The notes under the pieces: model-generated
Told to the model about the DNA's origin: nothing
Database searches by the model: none
What the model saw: the letters and a program-made list of their open reading frames with translations, nothing else
Translations under genes and position numbers: made by a program
Origin: Octopus vulgaris
Lineage: Eukaryota
Reading direction: 5' to 3'
DNA length: 64,000 nt
Assembly: GCA_951406725.2 (NCBI GenBank)
Contig: CATOCA020000001.1
Span: 9,114,001-9,178,000, forward strand
Part shown: piece by piece, positions 51,930 through 64,000 of the stretch
How positions within the stretch are numbered: the stretch's first letter is position 1
Layout of the letters: each line of letters begins with the position of its first letter

Positions 51930-52181
51930 CTGGAATGTTGTAGTTTGATGACTTAGTCACATTAAAATCTTCATTGATTACATGACACTCCCATGTACCA
52001 GTATTATTGAAGGAAGGATTGTTTATAGATAATTCTTCTTCATTATAAGTATTCTTAGTGGTGTTTCCCCATTTTTGCTTCAGTTCATATTTATGATTTG
52101 CTGGATTTCCACCAGATGCAGTGCAACTAATTATTATTTTATTTGTCTTTTTTGAAATATTAAAGTTTACTTGAGGAGGAT
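51930..52181 (-). CDS. Ig-domain exon (252 nt, phase 1-1) with GC donor
   Basis: ttttttaag|AT CCT CCT CAA...ATT CCA G|gcaagt; YPPQVNF..IIISCTASGGNPANHKYELKQKWG...LSINNPSFNNTGTWECHV; missed by the ORF track because it lacks a start codon. Confidence 0.88.
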
Positions 52182-54291
52182 CTTAAAAAAATAAAATAAA
52201 ATAAAATAATCAAGGAACAGTTTCAATTTAGAAAATAGGATTAAAATGAAAAATTTCAGTTTCACACACATTTTAAATTCAGATTCTATGATTGTCATTG
52301 AACATGTTTCTCATACAGGATATCAAAGTAAAATACAGAAAGCAATCTAAACCACCACAATCTTGGGACAATTTTAGCTTGGCCCTGTGGCTAATGAAAT
52401 CTTTATAAGGTTTTTAAGATTTACAGGAGGTTGCAACAGTGAGATGTACTTCCATGCAGTATTTGTATCTAGATGGGTAGATTGTCCATTGAGAAATAAC
52501 TGTATTCACCAGGAAGATAGTTTACTGAGGTGTACAGTAAACAAACAATTCATGAAATTTCTACTAATAATATTCATAAAAATTGTCAACCCATACAGAT
52601 ATAAGAAATTAAAATCATTTCACAATGAAATTTCTTCACATAACATGCAAAAAATGCCTCTCAATAAGAGAAATTAGAAGCGTTCTTCAGTAGATCATGG
52701 GAAAAAGGATATATCCGTTCTTCATCACAATATCAATGTAGTGTTTAAATGTATCCACTTAGGGTAATAGCATGATAGGAAGAAAGTGGTAAGATGCCAG
52801 ACAAATGAAACCAAAGTAATTGAAAATACTGGGTCAAAAGATTCAAATATTAAGTTTTTATGTTGTTGAAGTTGATGTAGTTTTCATTCTGAGAACAAAA
52901 TATAAATAAACCGAATAAAATAAATTATTGAAGTAAATACGTATATAGTACTGAGATGAACTTTTTAAATGAACTCTTTAAATTTAAACAGTTAGCTTTG
53001 CTTTTTTTGTCTTCCTATCATTTTTAATTAGAGCCCTCTATCCAAAGTTATGGGTTTAAAACCAAATAAACAGTTGTATATCTTTTGGTTAGATTTGAAT
53101 GGAACCTTTACTTTTGATGCCCTTATCCATAGATGCTTATGATTTTCAATTGTACATCAGACATTATGCTTTTGTCTTGTCATCCCTAATCAAAGTTTCT
53201 CAATCTCTTCTGTAATGATATTTAGGGTTTTTTCATTTCCACACTGAAAAGTTTGATAAATGCATTATAAACATAACTCTTTGATTTATCCAAACTTGAA
53301 GACTGAATGTGACATCTTTGAAATTTGTTGTATTGATTTGATTGTATAACTAATACAGAATCTTTGTATGTTTCTAGGCGACTGTTTGTTGTAAAGTGGA
53401 GCTAACAGTGATTGGGGATTTCATTGCATACATATAGAAGAATACAGGTTATTTATTGCAGAAAAATATGGTCTCCAAATGACTGCTTATATTTGAAAAA
53501 ATACTTCAATAGGATAGACACATTTTCTTGATGCTTTAAATCACCTCCTTTTCCTTCTCCTTCTTCATATCCACTCTCCATGATGGCAAGGAAGGGTAGT
53601 CACATATGGGACCTTACTGAGACCGCTGTTTTCATAGACAAGTTGGAAGACTATGCCACATTTGGCTAGGTTTTGACTATGTTTCAATAGATAGATGTGC
53701 TTCCTATGACCAACCTGTACACAGAGTGTACTAAATGTATTTTAGTGTAGTACCACCACTAGAGAAGTTGTCATATCTTTGGCTAGAGAAGACCAAATAC
53801 ACATCTTGACTCTATGCTTTCTCTGTTCATTTACAGCTACTTTACAGAGTGTATTGGGTGCATTTTATTGTGGAACCAGTATTAAAGACGAGGTTATGTC
53901 CTCAGCAAGAGAGAACTGAAGGGATCTCTTGACTCTATGCTTTCTCTGCTTATTTACCAACACCTTAACAGAGTGTATTGTAGATATTTTTTCTCATCAC
54001 TATAAGAGTAGTGAGACTCAAAACTGCGACAGTGTCCAGTGGATGATGTTTATTTTCCTACTGTAAATGCCTCTCCCTGGCCACTCAGAAACTGGAGTTG
54101 CCCAAAAAAACATAGCTGAGCCAAAATGCACATTTTATTGCTACATTTTCAGAAATATATATATATTTAAATTGCTTAATTACTGGCAATATAAAGTGTA
54201 TCTCACATTTTATTTGGAAGTTCAATAGTCTTGTATAGGCATTTTTATAAGTTATATTAACTAGTGACATATTTTGCAATAACTATTCAAA

Positions 54292-54506
54292 ATATTGATC
54301 TAGTTTGTTTCCGAAAGTAGAACTTCACCAAAAAAAGAGCCCCCCCCTCCCACCAATCATTGTGAGCAAGCAAATCACATTAAAGTTGATGACTTGAAAA
54401 CTAGATCAATATGTCCCATTTTTCATGGGTGCTGTAAAATGAACTAAAAAAAACAAACTCTTTTATTAGTTCATTGAAATGTACAGCACCCATGAAAAAT
54501 GGGACA
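54292..54506. repeat. Two abutting small hairpins (15-bp and 25-bp perfect inverted repeats)
   Basis: atattgatctagttt/aaactagatcaatat (54292-54412); tgtcccatttttcatgggtgctgta/tacagcacccatgaaaaatgggaca (54412-54506). Confidence 0.85.
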
Positions 54507-56699
54507 CTTCTATCAGTAAGAAGGGAAATAAATTTTGCTGGGTAACAACTCCTAAAAGAATATGCTGAGTATCTACAGCTGGCAACTGATCTTGACGGAA
54601 TCTTGAGTAATCATATGTTTGTAGATTATATATGTGTATAAGAAGTTATTTTGCATTTAATTTAAGCATGCCTAAAGATGTGATTAATGTGTATTCTTCT
54701 CTGACATTATTGAAGTTGCATTTCCTTTCACAGCAGAAATGATTATGATGCTGCTGTCATTAGGACAATTTGTGATGACATTCATTTCTTCTTAAAATAT
54801 GTTTTGGTTTAAAATGTTTGCCTTGCTCAGTAAATTTTTGTCTTTCCAGGTTAGCTCATATTTTCCAGTTTTTTTAACAAACATTTTGCTGAAAATAATG
54901 ATTTCTAGGTAGGAGATGTAATCAAAAGTTTTATTGAAAACTTAGCTTCTCTAATTTCAAAATTCAGTGAGCTACCTTCAGTTAAGGATAATAAATGAGT
55001 TAGGTTGGGTACATCATTAGCTTTGAGACATCTTCTATGTGAACTGCATTAGTCTATTCAAATTCAAAATGAGATAATGCTTCAGTGGCATTGAATATAA
55101 AATCAAAATTTTTAGGTTTTGAATTGTGTTTTGACAAATTTTGAGTTCAAATGTCTTATTTATCAAGTTTCTATCCTAGGGAGAGATATTTCAATTAAAT
55201 AGGTCTCTGTAAAACAAATTTGACACCTATCTATCCATTAATAGTGGATAAGGATACTGAAATATTACAGGAGAAATTAAATGTGCCTACTTAAAACCTA
55301 GTAAAAAGGATATCAATATTTAGAAATTGGGCAGTTGTAGATGTTTACAGAATACACCATTTGAAGTAGGGTGGTTGTAGAGAGCAAAATATGGACTTCA
55401 GAGACCAGAAAAATTACAAACACCCATATTCATTTAAACTGGAGAAACTGATGTGATGTTTGGTCACAATAAATCCCTTAGTAAAATCAAGGATCAACAA
55501 ACCCAAATTATCTTTCAGTTCTTTTGTTCATATTTACAGGTCATGCTCTTAATCTGAGGGAGTTCTTTTGAAGCTCAACAACAATATTGCACAGAATGGA
55601 TCATCATCATCATCATCATCATTTAACGTCCGCTTTCCATGCTAGCATGGGTTGGACGGTTCAACTGGGGTCTGGGGAGCCCGAAAGCTGCACCAGTCCA
55701 GTCAGATCTGGCTATTCTTAAAGTAAATAGAGTGAATACAGCAGGGTCAGTGTTAGAATAATGATTTTTTTAGAGATCAGTCAACAAAAATTATTTGCAG
55801 ACATTATCTTTCACAAACTCTCCAAGACTGGTAAGACTGATACAGCCTATGTTCAGTTGTACACATCAATATCTACAGGCAAGTCATAGGTGGGAAGGGA
55901 ATTTCACATTGTTCAACTCTAAGAAGGTTTGATTATGCATAGTGGTCAATGAAATACAGTATTGACGAGAAGAATGGGAGAGATAGATGTATTGGGTGAA
56001 CTTGGATGGAGGTTGTTTAAAGCTAGGAGCAGTGATCGGAGTAATAATAATAAAAGAAGCAGAGAGAAGAGAAGCACATGTACGGGCGAAGGATGGTATG
56101 TGTAACTGAATCATTATCAATTAGGGGGCTTTCACTGAGAAAATCTGTCCTGGGTGTAAGAGCAGTAATTCTTTGTGGATCTTACTTGAATTTTATAGAA
56201 AATCAGTAATTGCTCAAAAGCTGAAATATTTTCTACTTCTGAAGCGAAAAGGTAGTCTTTAGGATACTGTTTCAGTTAGGTTATGTGGGTTTTCAGGATA
56301 TATTACCAGAAATTGTGAAACCTACCTTTTATAGTGACTACGACCTTAATATTAATCAGTTTTGTCCTCTTCAGTTCCACACAAGCTGACTTTAGTTTTC
56401 CTTACTCTTAACTGATGAAGTAGTATTGATTTCATGACTACACTCCTTCCTTAAATAATAAACCGCTTTACTGATCAAAAAGACTGAATTCCATTGCAGA
56501 ATGATTGGTGATAGGAAGGGCATTCAGCTGTAAAACCTATCACAACCCCCTAGCATAAAACAAATCATATACACCAGAGAGAGATGATGTAAGGAATATC
56601 AGATGATGATGGACTATGACAAGTGGCAAGGGCTGAGGTGGAACAAATCCTTCTAACTCATGCCAGCATGGAAAAATAGGCATAAGACAATGATAATAA

Positions 56700-57020
56700 T
56701 GATGATGATCATCATCATAGTTTAACGTCCACTTTCCATGCTGGCATGCATTGGACGGTTCGACTGAGGACTGGCAAGCCAGAAGGCTGCACCAGGTTCC
56801 AATCTGATCTGGCATGGTTTCTACAGCTCGATGCCTTTCCTAATGCCAACCACTCTGAGACTGTAGTGGGTGCTTTTTATGTGCCACCAGTATGAGGGCC
56901 AGTCAGGCGATACTGGTATCGACCACCTCGATTGATGCTTTTTATGTGTCGCTGGCACAGGAGCCAGCACTGGCAATGACCATGCTCCAGTGGTGGTTTT
57001 TACATGCCATCGACACAGGG
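56700..57020 (-). mobile_element. RTE 3'UTR fragment
   Basis: Same terminus family as 8395 and 14553. Confidence 0.8.
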
Positions 57021-57354
57021 TTGCTTAAAGATGGTAAGAATATGACAAATCCATGCGTGTCGCTCACAAGTGAAGATGACTCACAAGTGAAGATGATTTT
57101 AGACACTTATGCAATCACAAGGAGACATAAATGCCCTCTCAGTGTACCCACTCTTGACCCAGTAGATCATCAAGGAGGTGTTGCTTGAAGAGAGAGAGGG
57201 CTGCACCAGCACTTAGCTGGTAGTCATTTTCAGCTGAGTAGACTAGAGCAATGTGAAGTGATGTGCTTTGCTCAAGGACACAATATGCCACTCAATCTGA
57301 GAATTTATACAAAGAAGTAAAAGACATTTGATGATGGTGAGGATATTAGTGATA

Positions 57355-57408
<54 letters not shown>

Positions 57409-57428
57409 GAGGAGGAGGAGGAGGAGGA
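57355..57428. repeat. (TAG)n(GAG)n microsatellite
   Basis: Explains the poly-S/poly-Y read-through of ORF 57243..57671. Confidence 0.95.
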
Positions 57429-57451
57429 ACAAATATTTATATTTAACATAC

Positions 57452-57700
57452 ATTTCAACAGGATATTAATTTCCTTTCTGGCTGTCAAATTTCCATTCCT
57501 TTCGCTCTTTGCAATGACAGTGCAGGAAACACGACTGATATTTTTACGATTAAAAGTTAATATAGAATTTGAAAGGAACGTTCGATTTTCATCCTCCAAC
57601 CACACTTCTGGGGTAGGGTTTCCTTTTGCATTACAGTCTATAATGGATGCTTGATTCTCAAATAATGTCACATTCTCTGGTGCAGTAATATCAGGTGGAT
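57452..57700 (-). CDS. Ig-domain exon (249 nt, phase 1-1)
   Basis: ttaattttatag|AT CCA CCT GAT...TTG AAA T|gtatgt; PPDITAPENVTLFENQASIIDCNAKGNPTPEVW...SCTVIAK; joins the next exon as Y-PP. Confidence 0.88.
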
Positions 57701-59676
57701 CTATAAAATTAAAAAAAAAATTAATTAATGAAATTTTTAAATATCACACACTGAAAACTTTTGAAGAAACATCCTGAAACACTTTGCTATAAATTATTAT
57801 GAAATTTGTTTAATTCTTTGAATCCTAACATTCTGTCAGGTGTGCCACAATACCAGCCATCTACATGAAAATCACAAAAACACTGAAAAAATAAGGCAAA
57901 TTCAACCGGAAAAAATGTAATAAATATAATACTTTCTACTATAGGTGCAAAGCCTGAAATTTGGGGGAGGAAGCTACTTGATTACATTAACCCCAATGTT
58001 GAACTGGTGTTTATTTTATCACTCTGAAAGGATGAAAGACTAAGTCAACCTTTGTAGAATCTGAACTTTGAATGTAAAGACAAATGAAATACTGCTAAGC
58101 ATTTTGTCTGGGGTGATAAATATAAATTATGTTTAATTTGTCAAGAGATATCTTTCACATCACTCCCTTATGTCTTCTGTCTTTGATCACAAAATTTTTC
58201 AGTAGTTATTATCTCCAGTGCAAATAAACAAGAATATATTCTTATCTTTCACACCCCAATCCTGTCCTCACTACCCTGCCCCTTGTAACAATGCCATCCT
58301 GTTGTCCCTCACCTCCTCTATATACCCAAGTTTCACCAGTCACCATATTCCCCTTCTCCCTGCTCTCTGCATTCATGTCAAGTCCTTACTTCCTGCTCAT
58401 GCACCCTTGGAAATATTCTACCATCCCATTTATATTTCGATCCCTGTACCTTGAGGTATGCCCTGGCACTTCATCACCATCACTCTCTCTCTCTCTCTCA
58501 CCTTTCTCACTCTTGCTCTCTCTCACCCTTTTCTCTCATGTTCTCTCACACTCTCACTCTCTTCCAGTCTCTCTCTCATTCTTGATCTTTCGTCTCTCTT
58601 CTCTCTCTCGGTCTCTCCCTCTGACTGGATAACCATGTATCTCCTCTACACCAACACACCAGTTTCTGTCCCTCTGTCACACTATAACCTCTCATCACCT
58701 GACACAAACCCACCTCCTCCAATACAGAAGATCTTTGTGTAGTGAATTACTGAATGACTCCAGCAGATCTGGTGCCAAATAAAAAGCATCCAGTTCACGT
58801 TGTAAAGTGGTTGGTGTTAGGAAGAGCATCCAGCCATAGAAGCCATGCCAAAACAGACAGTGATGCCTGGTGCCAGCTTCTGGCTTGCTAGATCCAGTCA
58901 AACTGTCCAACTCATGCCAGCATGGAAAACGGATGTTAAATGACAATGAAGATGATGATGATGATGATGATATTCATTCTCACAATTATAATCAGAATAT
59001 GATGCATTTATCTTTGATATATTATCTTTTTGATAGAGAATTTCTTTGTGTTGACCAACCTCTCTTCATGTGACGTATCTATTGCTGGCAGATCCCAAGC
59101 ATTCTATCAATAGTCTCTGCACAAAAGGCTTCCTGAAGTAAATTTTACAAGAGAAACTCGATAAGAATAAGCTTTGAGTATTTGGCAACAATTAAATAAA
59201 ACAAGAACTACACATGAATTATACATAAAGCTATTTGGGAGCCTTTATACAGTAGCTCAACCTGCCTGAAATAGAAGCCAAATTTCCTTTACATCATTCC
59301 ATGTCTTAAATACACTATGTTTGAAAAAATAGTGTAGGACAAAAGTCCATCAAACATGTTAACTGTTGTAACTATTTTAAGTAGGCAATGATTGTAACAG
59401 AGAAAATATTCGGCATTTTTTAAATTTTAGTGTCATACTAATTAAAATTGCTGTCTTCCATTCATAGTCTTGTTCTTCCAGGTGCAATTGACACATAGTA
59501 AGCAACCAACACATTCTGTTAAGTGGTTGGCATTAGGAAAGGCATTCACTTGTACAAACCATGCCATAACAAACGACTGGAGTTTGGCCAGTTGGCAAGT
59601 TCCATGTCAAACTGTCCAACCCACAGCAAGGAAAATGTAAGTTAAATGACAATGATAGTGTATATATATATATATT

Positions 59677-59719
<43 letters not shown>

Positions 59720-61019
59720 TAATAAATGAAATAAAACATATGCATATATATAAACATATATGTACGTACCTACCTCTACATGTACACATACACGCATATA
59801 TGAGTACAGGACACCAAATGGACGTCGAACACAAAGAGAAACGAAAACATAGACACAAACCAAAGGAACTGGACATTTTTTTAAAAACAACAAAAAAACA
59901 AAAAATGGAGTACAGGACAATTAACACAAAGAAAAAACCCCTTCTTCAGTCGCTATGGTTTCATCTACTCTACGTTTCGAAGGATAAAAGCGAGACATAT
60001 CTTCGACAAGAAACTTTCCTTCCTGTGAAAAGCAAATCAATTAAAATTCTGAGATCTTTTCGCAGAGGGGTAAAAAATGGTAAAAAAATGGTAAAAAAAC
60101 AGGACAGTAACGACAGTACAAAAATATAAACAGTAAAAGACAGGACAGGGAAAAACAAGATAAGAAGGGCTATTGACGCCGAACGAAAAAAAGTATTGCA
60201 AACGCAGAATTTTTTGTGAACGACAGGGGAATCAAGCATTGGACAATGTAGATGATGATAAGTCCAGATAATTTTTTGAAAAATAACTTTCATTATTCTG
60301 TTGTGTCTGGGGAGAGTCATTTTCTTTTTGTGCCTTATGATATAACACACGCACCGGGACAATTTCCACTTATTTCTTATTTTTATTTTCCTAAAATTTT
60401 CATTGCATCTTGCAACCTTTTCAATAGTCTTGACTGTCCGTTATTTACACTGAGTTCCTTTTTGTTTGTTTGTGCACATGTGTGTGGGTCAGTGTGTGTG
60501 TGTGCATGCACGTATGTATGTATGTGTGTATGCATGTATGCAAGTGTGTGTAAGTATATATGTGTGTGTATGCATATGTAAATATGTAGGTATGTGTGTG
60601 CATCTGTATGTATGTATTCTGCATATTCATGTGCTTGCATATCCGTGTTTGTGTATTTTCTATGTATGTGTGTGTGAGCATGCGTTTGTATATGTATGCA
60701 ATTCTGTCTCCTTGTCTATGCATGTCTGTGTGTGTGTTTGTGTGTGTTTGTTTTGCAACTATGTACCATGTTTATATGTATGGATTTGTATCTCTATATG
60801 TGTGGACCCGTGTCTCCATATGTGTCCTTGTGTGGAGTAAAGTGTGTGTGTGTATATATGGTCATGTGTGTCAGTCTCTATTTGCGTATGTGTGCTTGTC
60901 TGTTCTTATAACCTATGTACCTATCCGTCTGTCTGTTGATCTGTTTATTTTCATATCCAGATGCTTACATACAAAAAGGAAATCACACATGCATACACAA
61001 CTGTGGTATGGAGGTATGG

Positions 61020-62630
61020 TGTCTACTATGCATATTTCCTGTTTAGTATTGGGGAAGTTTCATTTATAAGGACGTATTCCAGTATTTGTCTGAGTGTTGG
61101 GTCTTTTGGGTGCTTGGAAAAGATGCGGATGTCAAGTTGACTCAAGTTGCCTCCCTGGTGGTCTTTGGCATGTTGGTAGAGTATGGAGGACTGTTTTCTG
61201 TCGTCATATTGTCTCAGATGTTCATTTAGTCGTTCCACAATGCTCCTAGACGTCTCCCCTATGTACATCATGTTCATGTCTTTACAAGCACCTTCTATGC
61301 ATCTTCTGCTGTAAACTACATTTCGAGTTCTACAGGTAATGCCAGAGCTAAACCTACATACGAGAGGCGTTCAATAAGTAATGCCCCTGACCCACTTCCC
61401 TTAGCAGTAGAGCAACGAAACTTGGCACAGTTATTAGTCTTTTCCTACATAGGAACCACCCAGACTTACGCATTTCTCCCATCGTTTGATGCAGCTCTGA
61501 AGACCGTTTTTGTAGAAGACCCCAGCTTGGTCCTCCAACCACGACGTGACTTTAGAAATCAAGGCTGCATCATCTGGGAAACGCTTTCCTTTCAAAAACA
61601 ACTTCATGGCTGGGAAGAGGTGAAAATCAGAGAGTGCAAGGTCAGGAAAGTAGGGGGGATGGGGGATGAGTTCATAGCCATACACCTGTGCTTCTGATCT
61701 GGCGACAAGCGAGTTGTGGACCGGAGCGTTGTCCTGCAGGAGGAGGATGCCTTTGCTGATCTTGCCCCGCCTCTTGATTTTGATAACTTCTCTTAATTTC
61801 CTCAAAAGTGAAGCATAATAGACTCCTGTAATTGTGGCACCCTTTGCCAGGAAATCTGTCTTCACTACTCCGTCCTGGTCCCAGAAGACTGTAAGCATGA
61901 CCTTGCCAGCGGAGGGCTGCACCCTTGCCTTCTTTGGAGGAGGTGAGTCACGTGTTCTCCCTGTTTGTCACAAGTTCTTTGTATCTTATTCCATTCTTTG
62001 TTTCTATATCTAGGGCAGGTACCACTGATATCATTACGTATAACATTACCTAATTTCCTACTAGCTGCCTCCACCCCTTGTATACTCGAACCCTACCTTT
62101 CTGATCATACCCAGAGAATTGCATGCAGTGCATGAAGTTCTGTATATGTTTTATTCATTTTTTAGGGTTCGCATAGTGGGGACACATTGTTAATTATTCT
62201 AACTAAGCCTGCAATCAGTATGTTAATTTTCATCGTGTGTGACAAAGCTGAGTTCTTGTGAACAACATATTTTGAAGTTATGGGTTTCATGTAATAGGAG
62301 TGGAAGAGCTGCACTTATTGTTCAGTCTCTAACCAAAGTTCAGTATCAAGTACAGGGAGTCTATTGTTGGAGTGCTTGGTGGGGGAATCTATAGTTTTCT
62401 TGATACTTTGGTGAATGGAGTTAGCTATTTGCTGGATGCTCTCCATTATGTTCTTCTCAGTTTCTACATTACCGTCACTAGAGTTGGTCCTAACTATGAT
62501 ATTAATGTCATCTTCATATCTACTGTAGAGTAGAAGAGTTAAGGACTGTTCTGCTAAACTTTGTTTAAGTTTTCTGTCCCACCAGGTCATGAAGAGGCCA
62601 GCCACATCTCCAGCTACACCTACATGTGGA
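61020..62630 (-). mobile_element. Penelope-like element fragment (RT plus GIY-YIG; distinct WWD/RYxDD family) interrupted by mariner
   Basis: VAGLFMTWWDR...YSRYEDD...LPVLDTELW; CRTRNVVY...YIGETSRSIVERLNEH...E..I....PILN. Confidence 0.85.
61359..61955 (-). mobile_element. Mariner 3' half (DD34D) with one TIR
   Basis: SAGKVMLTVFWD, LLQDNAPVH, HPPYFPDLALSDFHLF, WEKCV; TA-cgagaggcgttcaataagtaatgccc terminus. Confidence 0.92.
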
Positions 62631-62988
62631 TACATACAGATGGTTAGGTACATAGATTATAAGAACAGACAAGCACACATATGCAAATGGAGACTGAAAC
62701 ACATGACCATTTTTACAGACCAAGAATCAACTTATCATCTATTGAAAGAACTGACCAACTGTATAGATATAAACACAATTTTTTTCTTCTTTCTTTCTTC
62801 CTTCCTTTCCTTCTCTTTTCCATTGACACTAAGAAAAAACACATTTTTTCACTTTGAAAACATTTTTCTTTCAGAAAACCTGGTAAGCTGGCTGAACCAA
62901 AGTAAGCATCTGTCCCAGCCACCTACTTAAAAAATATATATTCTTTTGCTTTGTCTTTTCTTCAAAAGCTTCCTTTCAGATACATGAG

Positions 62989-63026
<38 letters not shown>

Positions 63027-63034
63027 TACAAACA

Positions 63035-63076
<42 letters not shown>

Positions 63077-63376
63077 TACAAACAGACACACACACACACA
63101 CAAACACACACACTCTCACTTTTTCTCCCACTGTCTCCCCATTTCTCTCCCTCTTTTCCTACCCTATACACTCCACATTACTCTTCTCCCCCCTCTCTTT
63201 ACTTATTCACTAATACTGTAAAAAGAGATAAATCCCTTCACAAAATGTAAATCTGAAAAATCTATTAGAGTAGATGAAAGTGCTGATATGTGATTTGTAA
63301 AAACATTCGACACTTTAATAAATATTTGTATATGTTCAACCATCTAGATCACTGAACACCTTATTTATTTATATAC

Positions 63377-63379
<3 letters not shown>

Positions 63380-63436
<57 letters not shown>

Positions 63437-64000
63437 TAATAATGCCAAGAAAAGAGGGAGGCCGTGGTCTTTTGCAACTGGCAATAACAATGAAGATTGC
63501 TACAATTGGCCAAGACACCTACCTGAAAAACTCTGAGGACTGGATGTTAAAACTTGTCTCAAAACATGAAAACAAGAAAGCATCATACTCAGTCACAAAA
63601 CAGGCAAAGGAATATCTAAGTGAATTCCGAATACAGCCAATTTCGGAATTAGAGATAGACATACAAGAAACAAGCACAGAAAAAGCTAGGCGCATGAAAA
63701 CCCGTGCCAAAACTGCGGCCTCAGATATTCTGAATAATAAATAGCAAGAAAAACCTCTCTATGGCAAATACCCAAAGAGAGAGCGAATAATGCAGATATG
63801 GCTAATGGCCTCTGGCTTAAAATCTGAAACAGAAGGGTTTATCATAGCAGCTCAAGATCAATGCCTACCAACAAGAAACTACCAGGCCAACATATTAAAA
63901 AATGGCAGTAGCCCAACAAGTCGTGCATGGCGACAACAAAATGAAACCATTGATCATGTTGTCTTCAAATGCAGTCTTCTAGCGCCTACAGAGTACCTCA
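63380..64000 (+). mobile_element. 5'-truncated R4/Dong-type non-LTR element starting in an (AAT)n tract
   Basis: PRKEGGRGL, GLKSETEGFIIAAQDQCLPTRNY, and a decayed CCHC knuckle (ETIDHV..C); runs off the window. Confidence 0.85.

Noticed and set aside
59935-60010. Hammerhead-like CUGAAGA/GAAAC words on the minus strand (also 12570-12610)
   Set aside because: Stems I and II cannot be closed in a valid topology.

Overview
AT-rich, repeat-dense eukaryotic DNA. The SINE and RTE-LINE 3'-end families look like those of octopod cephalopods (Octopus-like; my recognition, not a database result). There is no prokaryotic operon or CRISPR content. The window appears to be the intronic interior of one large minus-strand immunoglobulin-superfamily (IgSF) gene. 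It has three phase-1/phase-1 Ig-domain exons (57452-57700; 51930-52181 with a GC donor; 47608-47916), a problematic TM-like exon, and a series of 42-60 nt symmetric micro-exons encoding tyrosine motifs (YATI, YAEA/YLEL, YVNV, YVNA, YINA), multiplied by tandem duplication between about 2 and 20 kb. The introns contain RTE, CR1/Jockey and R4/Dong-type LINE fragments, tRNA-derived SINEs, Tc1/mariner and hAT-like transposase relics, and long microsatellites. They also hold several Penelope-like elements with inverted pseudo-LTRs and minimal hammerhead ribozymes (some with non-canonical cores), a 3.9 kb near-perfect palindrome, a 7.6 kb block bounded by inverted repeats, and an intronless ubiquitin-specific protease (peptidase C19) relic. 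Exon coordinates were read by hand from splice signals; repeat boundaries are approximate.
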